A stretch of DNA of 64,000 nucleotides, taken from the NCBI RefSeq assembly GCF_030028105.1, contig NC_092396.1, positions 31,437,474-31,501,473 on the forward strand, written 5' to 3'. The notes beneath the pieces were generated by a model that saw only the letters and a list, made by a program, of their open reading frames with translations, was not told the DNA's origin and ran no database searches. This DNA comes from Mobula birostris. Lineage: Eukaryota. The position numbers and the translations under genes were made by a program. Positions 42,027 to 53,750 of this stretch are shown piece after piece. Position 1 is the first letter of the stretch; each line of letters starts with the position of its first letter.

Positions 42027-44208
42027 ATAACCATATAAACATATAACAATCACAGCACGAAAACAGGCCATCTCTACCCTTCTAGTCCGTGCCAAACTCT
42101 TACTCTCACCCAGTCCCACCGACCTGTACTCAGCCCATAACCCTTCATTCCTTTCCTGTCCATACATCTATCCAATTTAACCTTAAACGACAACATCGAA
42201 CCTGTCTCAACCACTTCTGCTGGAAGCTTGTTCCACACAGCTACCACTCTCTGAGTAAAGAAGTTCCCCCTCACGTTACCCCTAAACTTTAATAAGTGTC
42301 ATAAGATGAAGAAGGTCTTCAGCTATGACACAGATGAACAGAATTATGTGAATCAAGCACAGATGTGCAAGAGGGATGGAGCATCTAATAATCAAAGTGG
42401 TAAGTGATGTGATTCACATATGGCCATCAAACCTGACTGCCTCAGATCTTGCTGTATAATGAATTTACTTTTTGTGAAATACTTGGGCAAATTTGTTGAG
42501 GGATATTGGAAACTTGGTTCGGAAAAAGAGAGGGATCTTCAATAAATATAGGCAGCTTGGAGTTAATGAGGTGCTCGAGGAATATAAAGAATGTAAAAAG
42601 ATTCTTAAAAAAGAAATTAGAAAAGCAAAAAGAAGATACGTGGCTGCTTTGGCAAGTAAGGTGAAAATAAATCCAAAGGGTTTCTACAGTTATGTTAATA
42701 GCAAAAGGATAGTGAGGGATAAAATTGGTCCCTGAGAGAATCAGTGTGGACAGCTATGTGTGGAGCAAAAAGAGATGGGGGAAGATTTTGAACAATTTCT
42801 TTTCTTTGGTATTCACTGAGGAGAAGGATATTGGATTGTGTAAGGTAAAGGAAACAAGAAGGGTAGTTATGGAAAGTATGACGATTAAAGAAGAGGAAGT
42901 ACTGGCGTTTTTAAGGAATATAAAAGTGGATAAGTCTCCAGGTCCAGACAAGATATTCCCTGGGGCCTTGAGGAAAGTTAGTGTGGAAATAGCAGGGGCA
43001 CTGACAGAAATATTTCAAATGTCATTAGAAACGGGGGTGGTGCCGGAGGATTGGCGTATTGCTCATGTGGTTCCATTGTTTAAAAAGGATTCTAAGAGTA
43101 AACCTAGCGATTATCGGCCTGTGAGTTTGACGTCAGTGGTGGGTAAATTGATGGAAAGTATTCTTAGGGATGGTATATATAATAATCTGGATAGACAGGG
43201 TCTGTTTAGGAACAGTCAACATGGATTTGTGCGTGGAAGGTCATATTTGACAAATCTTACTGAATTTTTTGATGAGGTTACTTAGAAAGTTGACGAGGAT
43301 AAAGCGGTGGATGTTGTCTATGTGGACTTCAGTAAGGCCTTTGACAAGGTTCCACACGGAAGGTTAGTTAGGAAGGTTCAATCGTTAGGCATTAATATCG
43401 AAGTAGTAAAATGGATTCAGCAGTGGCTAGACGGGAGATGCCAGAGAGTAGTGGTGGATAACTGTGTGTCAGATTGGAGGAGGGTATGTAGCGGTGTGCC
43501 TCAGGGATCTGTACTGGGTCCAATGTTGTTTGTCGTAAATAGTAATGATCCGGATGATGGGGTGGTAAATTGGATTAGTAAGTATGCAAATGATACTAAA
43601 ATAGGTGGCGTTGTGGATAATGAAGTAGGTTTTCAAAGCTTGCAGACAGATTTAGGCCAGTTAGAAGAGTGGGCTGAAAGATGGCAGATGGAGTTTAATG
43701 CTGAAAAACGTGAGGTGCTACATTTTGGTAGGACTAATCAAAATAGGACTTACATGGTAAATGGTAGGGCATTGAAGAACGCTGTAGAACAGAGGGATCT
43801 AGGAATAATGGTGCATAGTTCCCTGAAGATGGAATCTCATGTGGATAGAGTGGTGAAGAAAGCTTTTGGTATGCTGGCCTTTATTAATCAGAGCATTGAG
43901 TATAGGAGTTGGGATGTAATGTTGAAATTGTATAAGGCATTGGTAAGGTCAGATTTGGAGTATTGTGTACAGTTCTGGTCACCGAATTATAGGAAAGATG
44001 TTAATAAAATTGAGAGAGTACAGAGGAGGTTTACTAAAATGTTGCCTGGGTTTCATCTCCTAAGTTACAGAGAAAGGTTGAACAAGTTAGGTCTTTATTC
44101 TTTGGAGCGTAGAAGGTTGAGGGGGGGACTTGATAGAGGTGTTTAAAATTATGAGGGGGATTGATAGAGTTGACGTGGATAGGCTTTTTCCATTGAGAAA
44201 GGGGAAGA
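42027..44208. mobile_element. Young CR1 (HER1-like) LINE with 5' inversion and a foreign insert, nested in an older CR1
   Basis: About 42498-44208 (+) encodes tether plus RT (DKSPGPD, YRPVSLTS, DFSKAFDKV, GVPQGSVLGP, YANDTK). 42027-42290 (-) is the 3' end and tail of the same family. Host CR1 halves are at about 41750-42026 and 44209-44330. Confidence 0.88.
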
Positions 44209-45195
44209 TCTCTATCAAATCTCCCCTCAATCTTCTACATTCCAAGGAATAAAGTCCTAACCTATTCATTTTTTTCCTTATAACTCAGGTCTTCTAGACC
44301 CAGCAACATCCTTGTAAATTTTCTCTGTAGTAGTCTGCAAGGTTGGATTGACGCAATCCAGCAAGAGGTCACTAAGTGGTTTGACAATAGGAAGAAGAGG
44401 ATGATGGTTGAAGGTTGCATTATGGACTGGAGGGCTGTGACTAGTGGTGTGCCACAGGGATCAGTGCTAAGCTCATTGTTGAGAATGCGCACAAAATGGC
44501 TACTTAGCAGATGACACCAAACTAGTCAGTAACGTAGACATTGAAAAAGGTTCTCAAAAAATGACAAGATCTTGATCTGCCAGGCAAATGGACTGAGGAG
44601 TGGCAAATAGCATTTGACTCAGATAAGTGCAAGGTAATGTACTTCAATCAGTCAAACCTTGGGAGGATTTTCACAGTGAACAGTGGGGTGCCAGGGAGTG
44701 CTGTACAAACAGAGGGACCCAGGAGTACAACGTATAATTCTCTAAGTTGGACAAAGGTCCTGGTCCCATACTCTGTAACTCTTCAGTGGACATCTGAGCT
44801 AGTTCCATATGACCACATGTCATCCACATCCCTCTAAACATTTCCTATTCATGCCCTTGTCCAGTTATCTTTTAGAAGTTATTTTTATACCTGTCTCACC
44901 CTCTCACCTTAAATCTTTGCCTCTAGTTTCTGATTTCCTTGCCCTGTGAAAGGACTGAATGTATGCCACTTATGATTTTGTACATCTCTATACGGTCACC
45001 CCTCCAAGAAGTCCTAGCGTGCCCAACCTCTCCCTATAACTCAGACCCTCTTCTGAGTGTATATACCTTATGTAACCACAAAGCAGGATAAATTCCTTAA
45101 AGATTAAGATACTTTACTGTTACCTGGTTACATTGCCTGCGCTTCAGGTCACTAGCAGTAACAACTAAATATCAATTAGTCAGTCTCCTTCTTAC

Positions 45196-45241
45196 CAGCA
45201 GCGCTAGGCGACTTGTCATTTCCAGGATCGCAGTCACTCAT
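45196..45241 (-). CDS. C1orf50: C1orf50 homolog (DUF2452), coding exon 1
   Basis: aacatcATG (A at -3) gives MSDCDPGNDKSPSAA plus 1 nt, then the donor G|gtaaga. Phase 1 matches the phase-1 start of exon 2. It lies next to a CpG island. Confidence 0.75.
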
Positions 45242-45289
45242 GATGTTAGTGGAGTCTCTAACCCACTCTGAATTCTCATGACACTGACT

Positions 45290-45860
45290 ACCTGCAAGCG
45301 TTTTTATCCCAGGGGCCTTCCTCGCTCCCCAGCGCGACTGTCCGCCGATCTTCCCGGACGAAGAGGCGTCCACAGGGCCCCCGCCGCCGAGCCGGGCCGT
45401 GCGCCCGGCTGTGGTTTCAAGCGTCAGTCGCGGAGACCGAGCTGAGAAATCTCGGGGGCTCGCCGAGGGGCCGAGACGCTGGCGGAGGGCGCACGTTGTG
45501 ATCGGGCAAGTGCGGTGGCAGCTCGCTGGCTTTGCCAGCTTGTGTAACAGCGCCTGTTTTGTCACAGCAGGAACTGCACCGTCGCCCAGAGCAAGCAATA
45601 CTTGTGTAACCCAGTGATGCAGTTCCAATCTCTTGCGACATTTAGTCCACCGCTATTTATTGTGCTCGAACGGCCACTGAAGATGGAGGGAAAGTGATAG
45701 GTCCCACATCCAGAGCAAATCTAACCCCCGTAATATTGAGGCGAGAGTGTTGGCTAAGACCGTGGGGAGAATTTGTCAGCTCTTTCATTGGTTTGACTGC
45801 TATACCCGCCAGAGACGGTGGTTGGTCTCTGCATTAACATTTCACCCACGCACTAAATGG
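45290..45860. promoter_or_regulatory. CpG island / promoter region of C1orf50 (possibly bidirectional)
   Basis: Strong CpG/GC enrichment at about 45300-45590, just upstream of the C1orf50 ATG. CCAAT boxes near 45626 (+) and 45788 (-, aaccaatga). Confidence 0.7.
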
Positions 45861-46031
45861 ATGGCTGAGTGGATATTAGGCTCAATGAACAATCCGCTGG
45901 AAGAGCTCAGTGGGTCGAGCAGCATCTGAGGAGGGAAAGCAATTGTTAACGTTTTGGCTCTGAGAGGGGAGATGATCAGTATAAAGACCATCCCTTCCCC
46001 CTCTTTATACTGGCCATCTTCCCACAGTCAC

Positions 46032-48330
46032 AATCAGAATCAGGTTTATTATCACCGGCATGTGTCATGAAATCTGTTAACATAGCAGCGCAGTTCAATG
46101 CAATATATAATATAGAAGAAAAAATAATCATAATAAATAAGTAAATCAATTACAGTATACGTATATTGAATAGATTAAAAATCATGCAAAAACAGAAATA
46201 CTATATATTAGAAGAAGTGAAGTAGTTCAATATCCTTTTAGGAACTGGATGGCAGAAGCAAAGAAGCTGTTCCTGAATGGCTGAGTGTGTGCCTTCAAGG
46301 CTTCTGTACTTCCTGCCTGATGGTAACAGTGAGAAAAGGGCATGCCCTGGATGCTGGAGGTCCTTAATAATGGACGCTGCCTTTCTGAGACACTGCTCCT
46401 TGAAGGTGTCCTGGGTACTTTGTAGGCTACTACCCAAGTTGGAGCCGACTAACTTTACAACCCTCTGCAGCTTCTTTCAATCCTGTGCAGTAGCCCCCCC
46501 GCCCCATACCAGACAGTGATGCAGCCTGTCAGAATGCTCTCTACAGTACCTGTACATCTATAGAAGTTTTTGAGTGTATTTCTTGACATACCAAATCTTT
46601 TAAAACTCCTAATGAAGAATAGCTGCTGTCTTGCCTTCTTTATAACTGCATCAATATATTGGGACCAGGTTAGACCCTCAGAGATCTCGACACCCAGGAA
46701 CCTGAAACTGCTCACTCTCTCCACTTCTGATCCCTCTATGAGGATTGGTATGTGTTCCTTCTTCTTAACCTTCCTGAAGTCCACAAACAGCTCTTTCGTC
46801 TTACTGATGCTGCGTGCCAGGTTGTTGCTGCAACACCACTCCACCAGTTGGCATATCTCGCTCCTGTATGCCCTCTCCTTACCAACTGAAATTCTACCAA
46901 TAATAGTTGTATCATCAGCAAATTTATAGATGGTATTTGTGCTATGCCTAACCACACAGTCATGGGTATAGAGAGAGTAGAGCAGTGGGCTAAGCACACA
47001 CCCCTGAGGTGCACAAGTGTTGATCATCAGCGAGGAGGATATGTTATCACCAATCCGCACAGATTGTGGTTTTCCAGTTAGGAAGTTGAGGATCCAATTG
47101 CAGAGGGAGGTACTGAGGCCCAGTTTCTGTAACTTCTCAATCAGGATTATGGGAACGATGGTATTAAATGCTGAGCTATAGTCGATGAACAGCATCCTGA
47201 CATAGGTATTTGTGTTGTCCAGGTGGTCTAAAGCCGCGTGGAGAGCCATTGAGATTGCATCTGCTGTTGACCTATTGTGGCAATAGGCAAATTGCAATGG
47301 TCCAGGTCCTTGCTGAGGCAGGAGTTCAGTCTAGTCATGACCAACCTCTCAAAGCATTTCATCACTGTAGATGTGAGTGCTACCGGTCAATTGTCATTAA
47401 GGCAGCTCACATTATTCTTCTTAGGCACTGGGTATAATTGTTGGCTTTTTGAAGCAAGTGGGAACTTCCACTCATAGCAGTAAGAGGTTGAAAATGTCCT
47501 TGAATACCCGCCAGTTGGCCTCTGAGACAGAGATCACAGGGTCATCAGGTGCAGCAGGGATCTTTATAGCTGTAGTTATATTCTCCCTTTCAAAGTGTGC
47601 ATAGAAGGCATTGAGTTCATCTGGTAGTGAAGCACCACTGCCATTCATGCTATTGGGTTTTGCTTTGTAGGAAGTAATGACTTGCAAACCCTGTTGTCAT
47701 GCCGCCGATGTCACCTCCAACCTCATTCAAAATTGTCTCTTCTCCCTTGAAACAGCCCTCTGCAAATCATACCTGGTTTTCTGGTATAGACCTAGGTCTC
47801 CAGATTTAAATGCCACAGATCTAGCCTTCAGCAGATGACGTACCCCTTGGTTCATCTATGGCTTTTGGTTTGGGAATGTACAGTAAGTCTTTGTAGGCTC
47901 ACACTCATCCACACAGGTTTTAATGAAGTTGGTAACAACTGCAGCATACTCATCCAGGTTTGAAGATGAATCCCTGAATACAGTCCAGTCCACCGATTCA
48001 AAGCAGTCCTGTGCTTCCCTTGTCCATACCTTCTTGATTGCTGCAGTCTTCAGTCTCTGCCTATACTCAGGGAGTAGAAGTACAGCCAGGTGATCAGACT
48101 TCCTGAAGTGAGGGTGTGGATTTGCACAGTAGACATTCTAGTTGGTGGTGTAACAATGGTCCAGTGTGTTGTTTCTTCTGGTATTGTAAGTGATCTGCTG
48201 GTGGTAATTGCTTAGTGATCTTTTTTTAGACTGGCCTGGTTAAAATCCCCCAAAACAATGGTGAAGGTGTTAGGGTGCGCTGTTTCGTGCATGTTGATCC
48301 CATTGTTCAGATCACCTAAAGCCTGATTGG
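46032..48330 (-). mobile_element. Rex1/Babar-clade LINE, decayed and internally deleted
   Basis: ORF 46455-47297 contains [46 protein letters not shown] and KFADDTT. There is a (TTCTGA)n-type 3' tail at about 46032-46042. Confidence 0.88.
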
Positions 48331-48923
48331 CACTGTCAGTTGTAAATTAGGTTTTCGAACTGAAACATCGACTATTCCTCTACCCGCAACAGATGCCACT
48401 TGACCGACTGAGTTCTTCCTAAAGATCATTTATCACTCCAGATTCCAGCAACAACAGTATGGGTATGAGGCTCTTATTTCTTCTGGGTTGTACTTGAACT
48501 CACAACCTTCCTGGTTCAGACTCAGGAGTATTGCCTACTCACCGTGACACTGCAGACCATTCAGCCCATCAAGTCTATGATGTCTCCTAGCAGTGTAATC
48601 CTGACAGTCTCATTACTCACGTAGTTTTCTGTAACCTGTCCTCCCTCACATGCTCGTTAACTTTCCTTTAATTCTTCTTGCCACTTAGCGACACTGAAGG
48701 CTAAGTCACCTACCAGCACATCGTTGAACTGTGGGAGGAAACTGGAACACCCAGCAGAAACTGATGCAGTTACAGAGGGAATATGCACAGTCCACACAAC
48801 ACCCAAAGTTTGAAGTACGTTTACTATCAGTGTATACGTTATACAACCTTAAGATCTGTCTCCTTACAGGCAGCCACAAAACAAAGAAACCTGTAAAAAA
48901 TGACCAACAAACACCCAATGTGC

Positions 48924-48955
<32 letters not shown>

Positions 48956-49141
48956 ACCATGCAAACAATAAAAGAAGCAAATAGCATTTAGGACAAAAGT
49001 GAGTCCTCAGCTACAAAGCCCAGAGCAACTGGAGCAGTCGACAGCCTCACCCTCATTTCAGTGCAGAAAGGAGTAAATGCCCCAGAGCCCACAGACATGA
49101 AGCCCGGAACCAGCCGGACCAGGCCACCTCAGCCTCATTTC

Positions 49142-49850
49142 TTGGGAGTCCTTGTGCAGGATACCCTTAAGGTTAACCTCCAGGTTGAATCGGTGGTGAA
49201 GAAGGTGAGTGCAATGTTGGCATTCATTTCTAGAGGAACAGAGTATAGGAGCAGGGATGTGATGTTGAGGCTCTGTAAGGCCTCACTTGCAGTACTGTGT
49301 GCAGTTTTGGGCTCCTTATTTAAGAAAGGATGTGCTGATGTTGGAGAGGGTTCAGAGAAGATTCACTAGAATGATTCTGGGAATGAGAGGGTTAACATAT
49401 GAGGAACGTTTGACCACTCTTGGACTGTACCCCTTGGAGTTTAGAAGAATGAGGGGAGACCTCATAGAAACATTTCAAATGTTAAAAGGCATGGACAGAG
49501 TGGATGTGGCAAAGTTGTTTCCCATGATGGGGGAGTCTAGTACGAGAGGGCATGACTTAAGGATTGAAGGGCGCCCATTCAGAACAGAGGTGTGAAGAAA
49601 TTTTTTTAGCCAGAGGGTGGTAAATCTGTGGAATTTGTTGCCACGGGCAGCAGTGGAGGTCAAGTCATTGGGTGTATTTAAGGCAGAGATTGATAGGTAT
49701 CTGAGTAGCCAGGGCATCAAAGATAATGGTGAGAAGGCGGGGGAATGGGACTAAATGGGAGATTGGATCAGCTCATGATAAAATGGCGGAGCAGACTCAA
49801 TGGGCCAAATGACGGACTTCTGCTCCTTTGTCTTATGGTCTTATGGTCTT
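49142..49850 (+). mobile_element. CR1 3' fragment with 5-bp TSD
   Basis: YCVQFWAPYLRKD and RRMRGDLIETF motifs, a (TTATGGTC)n tail, and ATTTC duplicated at 49137-49141 and 49851-49855. It is inserted between about 82-bp tandem units of another repeat. Confidence 0.85.
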
Positions 49851-52800
49851 ATTTCAGTGCAGAAAGGAGTAAATGCCCCAGAGCCCACAGACACGAAGCC
49901 CGGAGCAGCTGGACCAGGGCACCTCACCATCAGGGCAGCAAGCAGACCCAGCCCCATCCTTGCCTCTGGACCTGACACCCTGCGTCTGGGCCTGGACCTT
50001 GCCGCCACGCTGCGGCCCGTGCCCGACCTTCCCAAATCAGCCCGGCGCGCGGATCGATCTCACGTTGCCAAGGTCGACCACCATTGGTCACTGGAGATAG
50101 GAGACAGCAGCACTAACTGGTGTACCACCAAGCCACCTTCACTCAATTGATCCATTCCTGAGATTACAGTATTGGGTAACACTGGTACGCTCGTGGTACC
50201 TCTATACAAACCCTGACGTGTGAAATATAGAATCAGACAGGCTAAGGAGATCCCAGCTTTGTTCTCCAGTTACACTGGGGCAAATGTTGTGATGTTTGCT
50301 CAATCCCAGTGCTGTTAAATTAAGGAGAAAAGGGAATAGGACGGCTGAATTCAAATATCCCGACTAGGAAGGTACGTGCATAAAAGCAGCTTGGTTGTGA
50401 TTCTCCCATGGTGTAAAGTTAGATGGCTTGTTCGTCACTGGCACCTCCATACATTTGGACCCCTATAATTATCAAACAGGAGCCTGGCCTGCTGAGTTCC
50501 TCCAGCATTTTGTGTGTGTAACCTGGTGAATGGATGTTTACTGCAAAGCCATATATGTTGACATCATGGTAGGCTGATTCAGGATATTAAGATGTATGGA
50601 ATCCAAGGTGTGGACTTAGAATTGGCTTGCCCATAGAGATAGAGGGTAATGGTGGAAGAGTTATTCTGGTGGAGATCTGGACCAGTGGTGTTCCACAGGG
50701 ACCTGATGTTTGTGATATATATTAAGCAAGATCTCTCCTTTTGCACTATTTACTTAATTTAATTTTATATATATTTCTTAATGTAATTTACAGATTTTTA
50801 ATTATTATGCATTGCAATGTGCTGCTGCCACAAAACAACAAATTTCACGACATATGCCAGTGATATTTAACCTGATTCTGATGATTTGGAGGAAGATCTA
50901 GATCTAGAATTTTGCAGTCAACACAAAATTGTGGGCAGTGAAGAAGCTTGTCAAACAATACAGAAGAATATAGAGCAGTTACAGATATGAGTGGAGAAAT
51001 GGTGGATGGATTTTAATTTGAGGTATTACACCTTGGAGATCTATTGTTCGGGGAAAGTGTACAATTAATTGCAGGACACCTGACAATAATAACAGAGGGT
51101 TCTTGGAGTCCAAGTCCATAGAATCAGATTCTACATGATGTGAAATTTGTTGTTTTGTGGCAGCAGCAGAGTGTAAAGACATGAAATTATTATTAATTAC
51201 AAAATAAATTAGTATTGCTAAGAAAGAATAATGGGGTAACGTTCCTGAGTACATGGACCATTCAGAAATATGATCCTGGAGGGGAAGAAGCTGATTCCGA
51301 TTCAGATTCATTTATTTATCACAGGTATAAATAAAGTGAAATGTATCATTTGCGTTAACAACCAACACATCGTGAGAGTATGCTGGGGGCAGCCCGCAAG
51401 TCTCGCCACACATTCCGGTGCCCACAGTGCTCGACAGAACAACACGGAACACAACAAATCAAAATACAACGAGCAACTAAACAAAACCATCAAGTAAGAT
51501 CCTTTCCTCCCTCCCACCCACACAGTCAGACCCCCCAATCCCAGGACAGGGCTTAAGCCTCCAGTGGACTCGCAGACTCAAGGACAACCGGCCTCCGATT
51601 TCCCCAGTGGACTTTTCTCATTTACTGCAGATACATCTCAGAAGAAGACAAAGCTGTCTCTGAGTCATTGAGCGTGGGTCTTCAAGGCTCCTGTCCCTCC
51701 TCATTGATGGTAGTATCGAGAAGAGGGTGTGACCCGGATGGTGAGATTACTTAGTGAAGAGGTGCTGCCTTCTTGAGGCACTGTCTTTTGAAGAGGTCCT
51801 CGATGGTGGGGAAGGTTGTCCCTTTGATGGGGTTGCTTCAGCTGCAGCCTCTTGTGATCCTGTGCTTTGCTGCCTCCATTGCAGGCTTTGACGTACCCGG
51901 TCAGAATGCTCTCCACTGTACACCAATAACATTTGCAAGAGTCTTTGGTGACATAACAAATCTCCTCAAACTCCTAACAAGTAGAGGCACTGATCTTCCT
52001 TCTTCATGAAGACATCAATATGTATGGCTCACGTTAGAACTCCATAGCTCTCTCAATGTGGCCATGCAGGTTGACAGGGTGGTAAGCTTGCTTGGCTTTA
52101 TTGCTCGGCTCACTGAGTCCAACAGTACGGAGTCGTGTTCCAGCTATACAAAACTTTGCTTAGGCTGCAGTTGGAGTATTGTGTCCATTTGTGGTTGTCC
52201 CATCACAGGAAGGATGTGGAAGCTTTGGAAAGGGGCAGAAAATATTTACGTGGGTTAGCGGGTATGAGCTATAGGAGGGGCTGGACAAAATTGGGTCACT
52301 TTTTCTGGAACATCAGAGGCTGAAGGTAGACTGAATAGAAGGTTATAAAATTTTGAGAGGCATAGATAGACGGTCAATATCATTTTTCCCAGGGTATTGA
52401 TAGAAAATCCTAAGAGACACACACTTAATGTTAGGGGGTAAATTTTAAGCGAGATATGCAAAACATGTTTTTTCACACAGAGAGTGATAGATACCTTGAA
52501 CAGCCTGCCAGTGGAAGTAGATATGATTGAGATATTTAAGAGGCTTTTAGATAGACACGTGAATATGCTGGGAAAGAAAGAATATGAATAATGTACAAGC
52601 AGAAGAGATTTACTTTAATTTGACATCATGTTCAGCACAGTTAGTGGGCCAAGTGGCCTTTTCTATCTCCTGTGTAATATGTAATGGTTAATGTCATTCT
52701 GCTGAGATATTGTATTCATTGATTATTCATCAGATTTATCTACCTTATGTTCCAGGTCCAATTTTGCAGGACCCCTCTGTCCTTCTGAAGATTGGTAGTT

Positions 52801-53479
52801 GTGGTGCAGTGGGAAAGGTATGGTCACCTAGTGAACCAGTCACTAACCCCGTCATGACTCCATCTGTACCAGGGATCTAGGACTTTGTCCAAAACATTTG
52901 AACCCTACACCTTCATCTGCTACACAGCAGGTGTGGTAAAATGGTGTCCAGGTTTCAGTTCAGAGTTGGAGAGAGGACCACAGTCAGTCACAGACCTAGG
53001 AGAGGATGGGAGCTAACTAAATCTGTTGCTGGTTGAGTGTTTATTACTCGTTTACTACATCACAGAAAGAGACCTTTCATCCCATTTGGTCTATGCCAAC
53101 CCCCAGCAGAGCAATCCCATTAAGCCTTACATTAGCTACGGCTCTTCTAACTGTGTCACTTGCTTTACAATAGAAGATTGTTTCATTTATCCTAAACTTC
53201 TGATTCTTTCTTAGGCACGGCCATGACATGCTGGGTCTTTGCCAGACCCCACAATACACTGGCACTGCTGCATCAATTGTCAAAGGAATTTGAACCAAGA
53301 CTTCAGGGAAAGGCAATGCAGAAGATGTATGAGTTTGGTGAGAGGAATCTCAGCAGTAAGCCCCTCCCAATGCATCTTGGTGTCACCCAGGCACTGAAGC
53401 TGATAAACAGGTATGATGTCTCCAAATCTGGTATTAAGGCAGTTGGTATTGGTTTATCGTCATGTGTTTCAAGGTAGGG

Positions 53480-53750
53480 GGGCATGGTAGCACAGTGGTT
53501 AGCTCAACGCTCTACAGTACCAGGGACCCGGGTTCAATTCCCAATACTGCCTGTAAAGAGTTTGTACGTTCTCACAGTGACTGTGTGGGTTTCCTCCGGG
53601 TGCTCCGGTTTCCTCCCACAGTCCAAAGATTTACCAGTTGGTAGGTTAATTGGTCGTTGTAAATTGCCCCATGATTTAGCTAGGGGTAAATCAGGAGTTG
53701 CTGGGCAGTGGGGCTGAAAGGGCCCATTCTGCACTATATTGCAATAAAAT
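53480..53750 (+). mobile_element. tRNA-derived V-SINE (HE1-like)
   Basis: A box TAGCACAGTGG, B box GGTTCAATTCC (53531-53541), and a V-domain GTGGGTTTCCTCCGGGTGCTCCGGTTTCCTCCCACAGTCCAAAG. Relatives lie at about 2966-3200, 7000-7235, 15415-15590(-), 31135-31323(-), 37660-37820(-) and 56533-56830. Confidence 0.8.

Noticed and set aside
42493-44146. Active autonomous CR1
   Set aside because: ORF2 is broken by stops and frameshifts, the catalytic YADD reads YAND, and the endonuclease and ORF1 are missing.
45242-45628. Long N-terminal extension of C1orf50 (150-aa ORF)
   Set aside because: Non-ATG start; the open frame is explained by GC-rich CpG-island composition and shows no recognisable homology.
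49055-49930. About 80-bp direct repeat flanking a CR1, resembling LTRs or a giant TSD
   Set aside because: Better explained as pre-existing tandem units of the host repeat, with a 5-bp ATTTC TSD.
53480-53550. tRNA gene (A and B boxes)
   Set aside because: It continues into the V-SINE body and recurs as decayed copies, so it is a SINE head.
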